Source: Promethearchaeia archaeon (lineage in GTDB: Archaea > Asgardarchaeota > Lokiarchaeia > Sigyniarchaeales > SOKP01). From it: a DNA stretch of 64,000 bases. A model generated the notes under the pieces. The model saw only the letters and a list, made by a program, of their open reading frames with translations, searched no databases and was not told where the DNA came from. The DNA lies in contig JAHQWI010000184.1 in assembly GCA_029856085.1 (NCBI GenBank), forward strand, positions 2,972 to 66,971, written 5' to 3'. Numbering within the stretch: position 1 is the stretch's first letter; every line of letters starts with the position of its first letter. This document shows, one piece after another, positions 48,637 to 56,731 of the stretch. A program made the translations under genes and the position numbers.

Positions 48637-49437
48637 ATGATTTTAAATAGTGTCTATCTCGCAGAAAATTTAGAATTCTTAAGAAAACTTGATTCAGATT
48701 TTCTTGATCTAATATATATTGATCCACCTTTTTACACAGGAGTAGATTATAAAGAATTTTCAGATAATTGGAATTCTTTAGAAGAATATTTGAATTTCAT
48801 GGAAAAAAGATTAACAGAAATGCACCGTGTCTTAAAACATTCTGGTAGCTTTTACTGTCATTGTGATGCAAATGCGGTGTTTGATCTTAAACTTTTATGT
48901 GATAGAATCTTTAGAAGGCGGTTTTTTAGAAGAGAGATTATATGGAATGTAGGAAGTGTGTCTGGATTTAAAAGTCAGGTTAAAGGATGGGTGCGTCAAC
49001 ACGATACAATCTTATTCTATACCAAATCTGATCAATATACATTCAATAAACAATATACTCCTTATAAGGAAGAATATATTAGAAAAATGTTTCGATATAG
49101 AGATGAGGACGGACGCGTTTATAGAAAAAGAAGGGGAGGAAAACAATACTTAGATGAAAAGCCTGGAAATGCAGTCGGAGATGTTTGGAACGATATATAT
49201 TCATATCAAACAAGAACAAGATCAAAAGAGTATTTAGGGTACCCAACACAAAAGCCTGAAGAACTACTTGAACGAATAATTTTAGCATCCTCAAATGAAG
49301 AAGATATTGTGGCTGACTTTTTTTGTGGAACGGGTACAACTTTAGCCGTAGCTAACAAATTAAATCGAAAATGGATAGGTGTAGATAATAATTCAAATGC
49401 TATTGATTTATGTAAAAAGAGATTAAATATTAAATGA
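48637..49437 (+). CDS. DNA methyltransferase, beta-class N6-adenine/N4-cytosine (DPPF motif before the AdoMet motif)
   Basis: LDLIYIDPPFYTG (motif IV) and the C-terminal VADFFCGTGTTLAVA (motif I). ATG 48637 is preferred over the track's TTG 48604. Confidence 0.8.
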   Translation: MILNSVYLAENLEFLRKLDSDFLDLIYIDPPFYTGVDYKEFSDNWNSLEEYLNFMEKRLTEMHRVLKHSGSFYCHCDANAVFDLKLLCDRIFRRRFFRREIIWNVGSVSGFKSQVKGWVRQHDTILFYTKSDQYTFNKQYTPYKEEYIRKMFRYRDEDGRVYRKRRGGKQYLDEKPGNAVGDVWNDIYSYQTRTRSKEYLGYPTQKPEELLERIILASSNEEDIVADFFCGTGTTLAVANKLNRKWIGVDNNSNAIDLCKKRLNIK

Positions 49438-49443
49438 TAATGA

Positions 49444-49821
49444 TTAGTCTGATTCTATTATAATCTCTGTAACTCCAATCCAATCTTTTGCATCATCAAG
49501 ATTCTGTACGATTTTCCTTTTCGGAGATTTAGCTCTATCCAGAAGTATTTGGATTTCTGTATCCAATGGTGGATTTTTAGAAACAATCCAAGCAGATCTA
49601 TTCAATCTTTCATTGTTTTTTTTTAGGAAATCTAAAATTATTTCAAATGATTCAAGGTTGAGCAAAATAAAATCCACCCCATCTATAATTACAGAAAATA
49701 ACTTTAATTTTTTCGTGTTTTTATTAAATTCTTTTATGAAACGTTTTGCTACTGAGGGTGGAAATGTACCTAATACCTTTATATAAAGTTGATTTTCCCC
49801 AATTTTCTCGATTCGATACAT
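49444..49821 (-). CDS. Hypothetical small alpha/beta protein (possibly STAS-like)
   Basis: A 125-aa ORF. Resemblance is pattern-level only. Confidence 0.4.
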   Translation of the reverse strand: MYRIEKIGENQLYIKVLGTFPPSVAKRFIKEFNKNTKKLKLFSVIIDGVDFILLNLESFEIILDFLKKNNERLNRSAWIVSKNPPLDTEIQILLDRAKSPKRKIVQNLDDAKDWIGVTEIIIESD

Positions 49822-50057
49822 GATTAAACTCTCAATTTCTTTAATTGCAAATTAAATAATTGTTAGTTGTTCATATTAATTTTATCATAAAATGTAATTC
49901 TTTTTTTTAATATTATGGTTAAAAACATTAATTCAATTATTTTATGATATCAAAATATGATGAGAAAATCATAAATTATTAGATGCCAATTATTATTATA
50001 ATATTAGAAATCATTTTTTTAAAGTTTTCAAACATATTTCGAGCTGATATTAAGTAA

Positions 50058-51956
50058 ATGGAGAATATAAATATCGAACAATCAGAAAAAGAGAGAATTG
50101 AAAAAGAAAAAATGGAAAAGGAAAGATTAGAAAAAGAGAGAATTGAAAAACAGAAAATGGAGATTAAATTATTTCCCAGCAACTCGCTTTTTATGATACC
50201 CAGTTGGGGCGATTTGTTAGGTTACCCCACATTAGGTATGTATGCTCATCATCGGGTATCAAGAATAGTATCAGATACAGTAATCTTTTTAACCGGCTAT
50301 GATTATTCCATTGAAATTGAAAGAGGAACACTCCATTATCTCTTTGGTTTAGGATATTATTTTCTAAAATTTGAACTAGAATCTGGTAAGTATATTACTG
50401 ACAACAGAATTTTAACGGGTTTAATACTATCTGACTTCGCTTATGACCATATGGCTACATCCATAAATGTTACTTTAGAAGATGATCATGACGTTATTAT
50501 CGCAGAAAAAGTGATTAAAGTTCCGGTCGATTTATCTTATAAATCAGAGAACCATAAAACTTTCATAAAGGGTGCATTAATGAGAAATATATTCATACCT
50601 TATAAGGATGTATTTTTAGAGATGATGGAGACAATCCGTAATGATAATTCCTATCAAATTGCTAAAGATGGTCATATGCTCTTGAGTACTCATTGGGATT
50701 TTTACAATCAGATTTTAGTTTCTGATAAAATGAGAGAAAAATCTGATCCTTCCTACTTAAATTCAGTAGCAGGATTAGATGGGATTGTTTTCGCAGCTGA
50801 TCAACACTTACAAGAAACACTATCTCCTGTAAATCTCACCATTATTGAAAGTCATATCAATTGTTTGAAAAGTATTTATTCTAATCTTGAGTTTGATCCA
50901 ATGTATCTATTCTCAATATTAGAAAAAGCATCAACAGTGTTATCATCTGGTGTACCACAGATTGCTTCGAAACAAAGAGATTCAATTTCTACGAAATCAT
51001 CTAAAGAATCAATTTTTGCTTCCGCAGAAGATCGCTTGTATGCATTCGCCAGTTGGCCAATACAGTTTAAAAGAAAAGCAAAAAAAGAACCCTTAATTAC
51101 TCCTAAAATGGTAGAAGAACCTGTTTATCTTCAACAAAATGATATTCGAAGTACCCAAATTAGAACCACAAAAACACCTGACTATAAACAAGAAGAATTT
51201 GAGCTAAAAACATTGAAATCCGAAAAGGTTGAATTTAAGCCATTGCCCAATCAACCTGCAGCAGATATTAAACAAATAGTGTTATATTTAAAAAAGGTGA
51301 TTGAAGAAGATTATGAAATGCGATCTATTGGACAAGCTTTTGAAATCGCTAGGGAAAGTATGAGACAAATTGGCATTAGTTCAACTACAACGCAACAGAA
51401 AAAAATATGGGAAATGAGTAAATATGCTAATATTTACTTGAAAAAAGAACCTAGTTTTGGATTACCAGCAAAAGAAAAACAGGAATTAATTCTAAAAGTA
51501 GACTCATGGTTTTTTGAAATCGAAGAGGAAGAGAGAAAAGAAAGAGAAAGATTAGAGAGCATTCGCTTGGAAAAAGAAAGGAGAGAAAGGGAAGAAAAGA
51601 AGAGAAAGGAAAGGGAAATTCGAGAAAGGGAAAAACGGGAAAGAGAACGTCTAGAAAGAGAACGAAAAGAAAGAGAAAGGTTAGAGCAAGAAAAAGCAGA
51701 AAAAAGGCGATTAGAAAAAATTGAAAAAGAGAGACAAGAGGAGATCAGAATAGAAAAGGAACGTATAGAAAGGGAGAGAGAGGAAATAGAAGCAATTGAA
51801 AGAGAAAAACTGGAACTTGAAAGGTTGAAACAAGAAAGAAAACTAAAAGAAAAAGAAGCGAAACAAGAAACAAAAAGACGAAAAAAGTTAGAAAAACAAA
51901 AGAAAAAAATAGAAAAAAAGAAGCAAAAAGAACAAGAAAGGTTGAAAAACTTATAA
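50058..51956 (+). CDS. Hypothetical protein with E/K/R-rich coiled-coil termini flanking a ~400-aa globular core
   Basis: The N-terminus reads EKERIEKEKMEKERLEKERIEKQKME. The C-terminal ~140 aa are almost pure E/R/K heptad-like repeats. Confidence 0.6.
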   Translation: MENINIEQSEKERIEKEKMEKERLEKERIEKQKMEIKLFPSNSLFMIPSWGDLLGYPTLGMYAHHRVSRIVSDTVIFLTGYDYSIEIERGTLHYLFGLGYYFLKFELESGKYITDNRILTGLILSDFAYDHMATSINVTLEDDHDVIIAEKVIKVPVDLSYKSENHKTFIKGALMRNIFIPYKDVFLEMMETIRNDNSYQIAKDGHMLLSTHWDFYNQILVSDKMREKSDPSYLNSVAGLDGIVFAADQHLQETLSPVNLTIIESHINCLKSIYSNLEFDPMYLFSILEKASTVLSSGVPQIASKQRDSISTKSSKESIFASAEDRLYAFASWPIQFKRKAKKEPLITPKMVEEPVYLQQNDIRSTQIRTTKTPDYKQEEFELKTLKSEKVEFKPLPNQPAADIKQIVLYLKKVIEEDYEMRSIGQAFEIARESMRQIGISSTTTQQKKIWEMSKYANIYLKKEPSFGLPAKEKQELILKVDSWFFEIEEEERKERERLESIRLEKERREREEKKRKEREIREREKRERERLERERKERERLEQEKAEKRRLEKIEKERQEEIRIEKERIEREREEIEAIEREKLELERLKQERKLKEKEAKQETKRRKKLEKQKKKIEKKKQKEQERLKNL

Positions 51957-52010
51957 TTCGTCTATTCAATAATTAATCTTATTGATTATTTTAAATATTA
52001 TTTAAGTAAA

Positions 52011-52113
52011 TGGGGACTGAGGGATTTGAACCCCCGACCGACAGGTGTCCACGGAACAGCTTTTGCTTGTAGGATCTGGAGCCTGCTGTGCCACCGGGCT
52101 ACACCAAGTCCCC
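52011..52113 (-). tRNA. tRNA-Trp (CCA) with a 29-nt intron at the canonical 37/38 site
   Basis: Acceptor GGGGACU/AGUCCCC plus A73. D arm GUGU-AGCCCGGUG-GCAC. Anticodon stem GCAGG/CCUGU, loop CU-CCA-G|..|A (anticodon 52079-52077). T arm GGGGG-UUCAAAU-CCCUC. Intron at 52047-52075. No encoded CCA. Confidence 0.9.
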
Positions 52114-52232
52114 TTTGGTAATTTAAATTATTAAAGAATTTATGAAATTTATATCTTTTCTTAATTATTCATGCTTTTTGATATTAACTGATTGAATAAA
52201 GTAAAAATAATTAATGAAATAGAAATCTAAAT

Positions 52233-52733
52233 TCATGTTTTCGGAAAACCTTTCATACCTTCTTCAAGTTGAAGTCCGAGGGAGTTGAGTACCATCGAAA
52301 CTAAATTGTATTGACCAACAGTAAAGACCAGATCCATGAGTTGGTGCTTATCATAGGTTTTCGCAAGTTCATTCCATGTAGTATCGCTTATAAAGGAATC
52401 AACATATAATTCGTCTACAGCATGTAGTAAAAGAGCATCAAAAGGGCTCCAACCTTCAGCATCAGGACCATCTCTAATCCTTAATATCTCCTCATCACTA
52501 AGTCCCGCTCGTTTTCCTATAAAAGAATGCTGAGCCCATTCATATTCCGAATTACAGAGCCAACCAATGCGTAGAATAAGAATTTCTTTTTCTCTAAGGG
52601 GAAGTGAACATTTATATAAAATGTGATTACCAAAAACACGCCATCGGTTATATAACTTCGAATAATTGCCTAGAGTTTTCATAATGTTTGGAGCTGGAGC
52701 ATTATTATTCATCTTCGCCCATCCCTCAATCAA
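52233..52733 (-). CDS. Carboxymuconolactone decarboxylase (CMD/AhpD-like) family protein, N-terminus apparently frameshifted
   Basis: CMD-like helical core. The frame stays open upstream to 52862 and encodes the conserved PRIPPVEEADWDDD N-terminal region. The only upstream ATG (52816) is in another frame. Confidence 0.6.
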   Translation of the reverse strand: MIEGWAKMNNNAPAPNIMKTLGNYSKLYNRWRVFGNHILYKCSLPLREKEILILRIGWLCNSEYEWAQHSFIGKRAGLSDEEILRIRDGPDAEGWSPFDALLLHAVDELYVDSFISDTTWNELAKTYDKHQLMDLVFTVGQYNLVSMVLNSLGLQLEEGMKGFPKT

Positions 52734-52962
52734 ATTTCGAGTATCATCATCCCAATCTGCTTCTTCTACTGGTGGGATTCTTGGTTTAGGAAGGTAAACT
52801 GATTTTCTCGGACCATTTTTTCTATTATAGGTTTCTCTTCTTTTTTCTGAAATTGTTTATCTCACCAATTTTAATCTATAAGGATAAAAAATATTCTATC
52901 ATTATAGGATTTATTATTTATCTTAATTAATTTGAAAAAACATAATAGGATTTTGAAAACCT

Positions 52963-53538
52963 TTGAAAACCATATTTTCTAATTTAAATTTACACACTAT
53001 CACTATTATCCAGTTTGCTATAGCAATATTAATATCATTAACTTTCCAATTTTTAATTCCCTTTTCATGGCAACCATTAGATACATTCCTATATGGTGCC
53101 AAACAACATGGAGATCCTGGTGCAAATATAATAATTTTTACCATTAGCCAATGGTATTTCTCTCTTTCAATCGCATGGCTCTTTTATCGCAAAAATCCTT
53201 ATGTAAACAATTTTTTAATTTATTCGATTGCACCTTTAAGTATTATTGTAATCTATGAATATTTTGTTTTATATCTCTACTACGATTATATTCATATAAC
53301 TCCAATCATCATTGATATATATTTAATCTGGAAACGAAGGGAAACTCTTTTTAGGAAATTTGCACCACTTATTATTACATTAAATATAGCATGGTTATTT
53401 TTAGTCTATTTTTTTAAATTGGCTTATTATAACGAGGATTTACTAATTTTTATAAGAAATGTTATTGTTTATTTAGGTTTATGGACTGCCCTATCATTTT
53501 TATTTAATTCTAAGAAAAAGGAAGGATTGAATAGTTAG
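52963..53538 (+). CDS. Integral membrane protein (about 6 TM segments)
   Basis: Hydrophobic 191-aa ORF. The antisense ORF 52923-53144 is judged spurious. Confidence 0.5.
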   Translation: MKTIFSNLNLHTITIIQFAIAILISLTFQFLIPFSWQPLDTFLYGAKQHGDPGANIIIFTISQWYFSLSIAWLFYRKNPYVNNFLIYSIAPLSIIVIYEYFVLYLYYDYIHITPIIIDIYLIWKRRETLFRKFAPLIITLNIAWLFLVYFFKLAYYNEDLLIFIRNVIVYLGLWTALSFLFNSKKKEGLNS

Positions 53539-53545
53539 ATGTTTA

Positions 53546-54037
53546 CTATATTTTTTCTCCGCATTCTTCACAAAATTTAATATTTGTGCTTTTCAATTCA
53601 GCACCACAATTGGCACAAAAATTAGGTTTTTTAGGTAAAGGAGAACCTTTTTCAATAATTTCATACTGAAATGTTTCTCTTTCTTTCTCAGTATGTTTAA
53701 ATTCAATATTGCAATTATCGCAAAATTTAGTATCAGCACGCATATATTTGCCGCATGAAAGACACTTGAACCATAGTTTGAGACCACAATTTCTACAAAA
53801 TTCACCATATTTACTTACAGGAGCATTGCAACGTGGACAATATTCTTTTTCTAACCAGAAATAACGTGAAGTCAATTGAACTACGATAATCAAGAACAAT
53901 GATATAGGAAGTAAGATCCACCAAAATGGATTGATTAATAGAGATAATATAAAAGTTAAGGATGTAATTAAAATGAATATTAAAATCCCTATAGCAAATG
54001 AACTTTTTTTCTTCGTGTTTTTACCTTTAAAGCTCAC
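53546..54037 (-). CDS. Membrane-anchored double zinc-ribbon protein
   Basis: Two N-terminal TM segments are followed by CPRC..CRNC, CLSC..CDNC and CANC..CEEC pairs. Confidence 0.6.
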   Translation of the reverse strand: MSFKGKNTKKKSSFAIGILIFILITSLTFILSLLINPFWWILLPISLFLIIVVQLTSRYFWLEKEYCPRCNAPVSKYGEFCRNCGLKLWFKCLSCGKYMRADTKFCDNCNIEFKHTEKERETFQYEIIEKGSPLPKKPNFCANCGAELKSTNIKFCEECGEKI

Positions 54038-54115
54038 AGAAATGCCTACGTTTTATAATTTAATTAGTATAAATTATAATATTTCTTTAGCTTTAAGATA
54101 TTTGGGATGGAAGAA

Positions 54116-54265
54116 TTATTCAATAGGCGTTTTGCAATAGGGGCAAATTTCTGTATCTTTGTCAATTTGTTCCCCGCATGCAAAACAGACTTTTTTATTT
54201 ACCCCGTACAATATTTTTTCTTCACCCTTTTTAACAATACTATTATCAAATCCTTCTTCAGGCAT
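54116..54265 (-). CDS. Small (49 aa) zinc-ribbon protein, below the ORF-track size cutoff
   Basis: MPEEGFDNSIVKKGEEKILYGVNKKVCFACGEQIDKDTEICPYCKTPIE*, with CxxC...CxxC. Confidence 0.4.
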   Translation of the reverse strand: MPEEGFDNSIVKKGEEKILYGVNKKVCFACGEQIDKDTEICPYCKTPIE

Positions 54266-54383
54266 AATGCAACTTAAAATAAGATTTAGTTTAATTAAAA
54301 AAATTACTAATAAATTTAATAAAAAATTGGAGTCCGATCTTTAAGATTAGCTTTTGACAGCAAAATTTAAGAATTTGAATTTA

Positions 54384-54392
54384 TTTATATAA
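54384..54392 (+). promoter_or_regulatory. TATA-box-like element upstream of the eS30 gene
   Basis: TTTATATAA lies 41-49 nt upstream of ATG 54433. The predicted TSS (~25 nt downstream) falls just before the GGTGA Shine-Dalgarno-like element at 54418-22. Confidence 0.4.
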
Positions 54393-54432
54393 TCATACTA
54401 ATAATATAAAAAAATAAGGTGATAAAAAGAAA

Positions 54433-54667
54433 ATGCCTGGTTCTCATGGGAGTTTGACTAAAGCTGGAAACTCATTCTAGAAAGACTAGATGAGCTAGAG
54501 AAGTCAAAATGCAAACTCCTAAAATTGCAAGGTCAGGAGTGAATTCTCGAAAGAAGAAATCTCCAAGAATGCGATTTCGGGATTTATATAAAGCTCGATT
54601 TGTTGATGGTCGATTTGGAGGTCAACAAGATAGTATTGGGGCTAAAAGAGCTCAATTTAAAAGATAA
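54433..54667 (+). CDS. rps30e: Ribosomal protein eS30 (S30e), split by a 31-nt BHB intron (exons 54433-54469 and 54501-54667)
   Basis: Exon 1 reads MPGSHGSLTKAG-. Exon 2 reads -KVKMQTPKIARSGVNSRKKKSPRMRFRDLYKARFVDGRFGGQQDSIGAKRAQFKR*. The join gives 204 nt (67 aa), matching the conserved SHGSLTKAGKV.xQTPK core. The unspliced frame stops at TAG 54478. Confidence 0.8.
54470..54500 (+). other. BHB (endonuclease-type) intron in rps30e
   Basis: H helix CUGG(54464-67)/CUAG(54495-98). Bulges AAA(54468-70) and AGA(54499-501). Inner hairpin 54471-94. Outer helix UUUGACU(54453-59)/AGUCAAA(54502-08). Confidence 0.75.
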
Positions 54668-54679
54668 AATCTTTTTTTA

Positions 54680-56569
54680 TTATTCACCTACTCCTATTTT
54701 CTGAAGTTGATTCTTTAAATCTCGACTTTGTTTTACATGATATTGTGATTTCTGGTTATTTTTTTCTATAACCTTGTAATAATCACTCATCAACAAGTTC
54801 CACCGTATAGCTCTCTCTATATTATTGATTTCTTTAGGGGAAAGATGGTTTTCTAAGCTGCTCAAATAGTAAATTGCTTTCTTGGAATCTTTTCTATGAT
54901 GGATATAGAATTCAGCTAATTCTAGAACATAATCAATAAAAACATTCTGATTTTGGTCATCATTAAAATTAAAATCAGCATTATTTAAGCCTGCTTTTAA
55001 GAATCTTTGAGCTTGTGAAAGATTTCCTTGATTTTTAAATCTAATAGCACGAGTTAAAAAGTATGTTAACTTGATTTTAGGTAATTTGCTCCCGATTTCA
55101 AGCACTCGTCTAAAATAAGCTTTTGATTCAATAATTTTATTTTGTTCCAAATAGATTAGTCCGATGTGAAGGTATGCCATTCCAACATAATCTTCTTTAA
55201 TGAAAGGGATTTTTTCGTTTTTTAAGAAATTGATAATTATATTAAAATGATTTAATGCCTTCTCATAATCTTTCTGCTTGAAATAACTAATTCCTAATTT
55301 ATAATGTATTTTTATTATGTAATCTATTGGTACCTCTCCTGATTTAGCAACACCAAGAGCGCTTTCTAAGTAATTACGTGCTAAATCTTCATTATTTAAA
55401 AGAGCTGCAATTTTCCTTAATTTCAAAAGAATTGCAACAACCACTTTTTTTTGTTGATTCTTATTAAATACTTTTAATGATTCGTTGAGTTTTTTTGTCG
55501 CTTCCTCAAAACTATAATTCTTAATAAGCTCTTCTGCCTCTGTATATTGATTTATAGTTTCAATTACTTCGAAATTGGTTGGTGGTTTATTAAATAAATC
55601 ATTATGTATTTGAAATAACTCTTTAGCGATTGAACTTTCATAGCACAGTCCTGTAAATGGAAAATTATTTTGGTCTGAAATAAAATTTTTACTTCTGTAA
55701 ATCAATTCCTTTGAAGGTCTAAAGTTTAGAAGTTCACTCTGATTAATTTTATCCCTTTCAATAACCTTTAAGATTGAATTTAAAATGATTCTGGAGAATT
55801 TAATCCAATTTTCCACTAATTCTTCTAACTTAAAGTCAGGAACATCATTAAATAAGTCAATTAATACGTATGGAGAATAAGTATCAAAAGAACTCCTAAT
55901 GTAGAATTTTTTATATTCAAGATCTTTAAAATATGAAAAAAATCCTTTTTCTAATATGAAGAATTCATTAAATTCACCCTCATTTGAAAAAAATAACGTT
56001 TCAGACGTTCTGATTTTGGGAACCCCATTCTTTAATTCCCATGGTAAATTAAAACTAGGTTCTAATCCAATATTTTTGAGAGATTCTATAAGATTCTTAT
56101 GTTGATCAATTGTGAAATCCTTTAATTGTTCTCTCTTATTTAAGAGGGAAACTCTGATGCGATTTAGCCAAGTGTTCTCATTTTCTCCTCTTATTAATTC
56201 AGGCATTATCAAATTTAGTAAACTAATGATTTTCTGCTCTTTTCCCATAATTGGAAAAGTATGCTCCAAGGTGAGAGATATCGCTAAACTTCTAAGAGCT
56301 TTCATTAAATAAAGTATTGCAGTAAAAGAATTTTGATCCAAGTTCCAAATTTGAAATGCTACGGAAACTCGAAAACTTACAACTTCAAATGGAACATTTA
56401 GCCTTATTGGTAGTGTTATAGGAAATTTTATAGTAAATATTATAATTTTTTCCTTTTTCAAGCTATATCGAAAATAATTTTCTGTGACTCCATTTATTTT
56501 CCATCCATATTTTTCGATTAATTCTCTAAGATTTTTTATTTCGTTTAATGAAAATGGGTTTAGAGACAT
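54680..56569 (-). CDS. TPR-repeat protein with an unknown ~330-aa N-terminal domain
   Basis: The C-terminal half carries several 34-aa TPR-like units (…YEKALNHFNIIINF…, …GMAYLHIGLIYLEQNKIIESKAYFRRVLEI…). Confidence 0.6.
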   Translation of the reverse strand: MSLNPFSLNEIKNLRELIEKYGWKINGVTENYFRYSLKKEKIIIFTIKFPITLPIRLNVPFEVVSFRVSVAFQIWNLDQNSFTAILYLMKALRSLAISLTLEHTFPIMGKEQKIISLLNLIMPELIRGENENTWLNRIRVSLLNKREQLKDFTIDQHKNLIESLKNIGLEPSFNLPWELKNGVPKIRTSETLFFSNEGEFNEFFILEKGFFSYFKDLEYKKFYIRSSFDTYSPYVLIDLFNDVPDFKLEELVENWIKFSRIILNSILKVIERDKINQSELLNFRPSKELIYRSKNFISDQNNFPFTGLCYESSIAKELFQIHNDLFNKPPTNFEVIETINQYTEAEELIKNYSFEEATKKLNESLKVFNKNQQKKVVVAILLKLRKIAALLNNEDLARNYLESALGVAKSGEVPIDYIIKIHYKLGISYFKQKDYEKALNHFNIIINFLKNEKIPFIKEDYVGMAYLHIGLIYLEQNKIIESKAYFRRVLEIGSKLPKIKLTYFLTRAIRFKNQGNLSQAQRFLKAGLNNADFNFNDDQNQNVFIDYVLELAEFYIHHRKDSKKAIYYLSSLENHLSPKEINNIERAIRWNLLMSDYYKVIEKNNQKSQYHVKQSRDLKNQLQKIGVGE

Positions 56570-56731
56570 ATTTTAAGTGTTTTACAATGAGAGAAATTAA
56601 ATTCTTATTTAATCTTAAAGAAATAGTAGTGTTAGGAAATTTTAATTTTTGGGAAATAATCAAATAAATATTTAATAATATGAATTTACATGTAAAACAT
56701 GTAATTTAAATAAGAATGGGTAGAATCACGG

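Noticed and set aside
50070-51950. Periodic purine-rich DNA repeats that could be mistaken for a CRISPR-like or satellite array.
   Set aside because: They lie inside one continuous ORF and simply encode E/K/R heptad-like repeats. There is no repeat-spacer structure with unique spacers.
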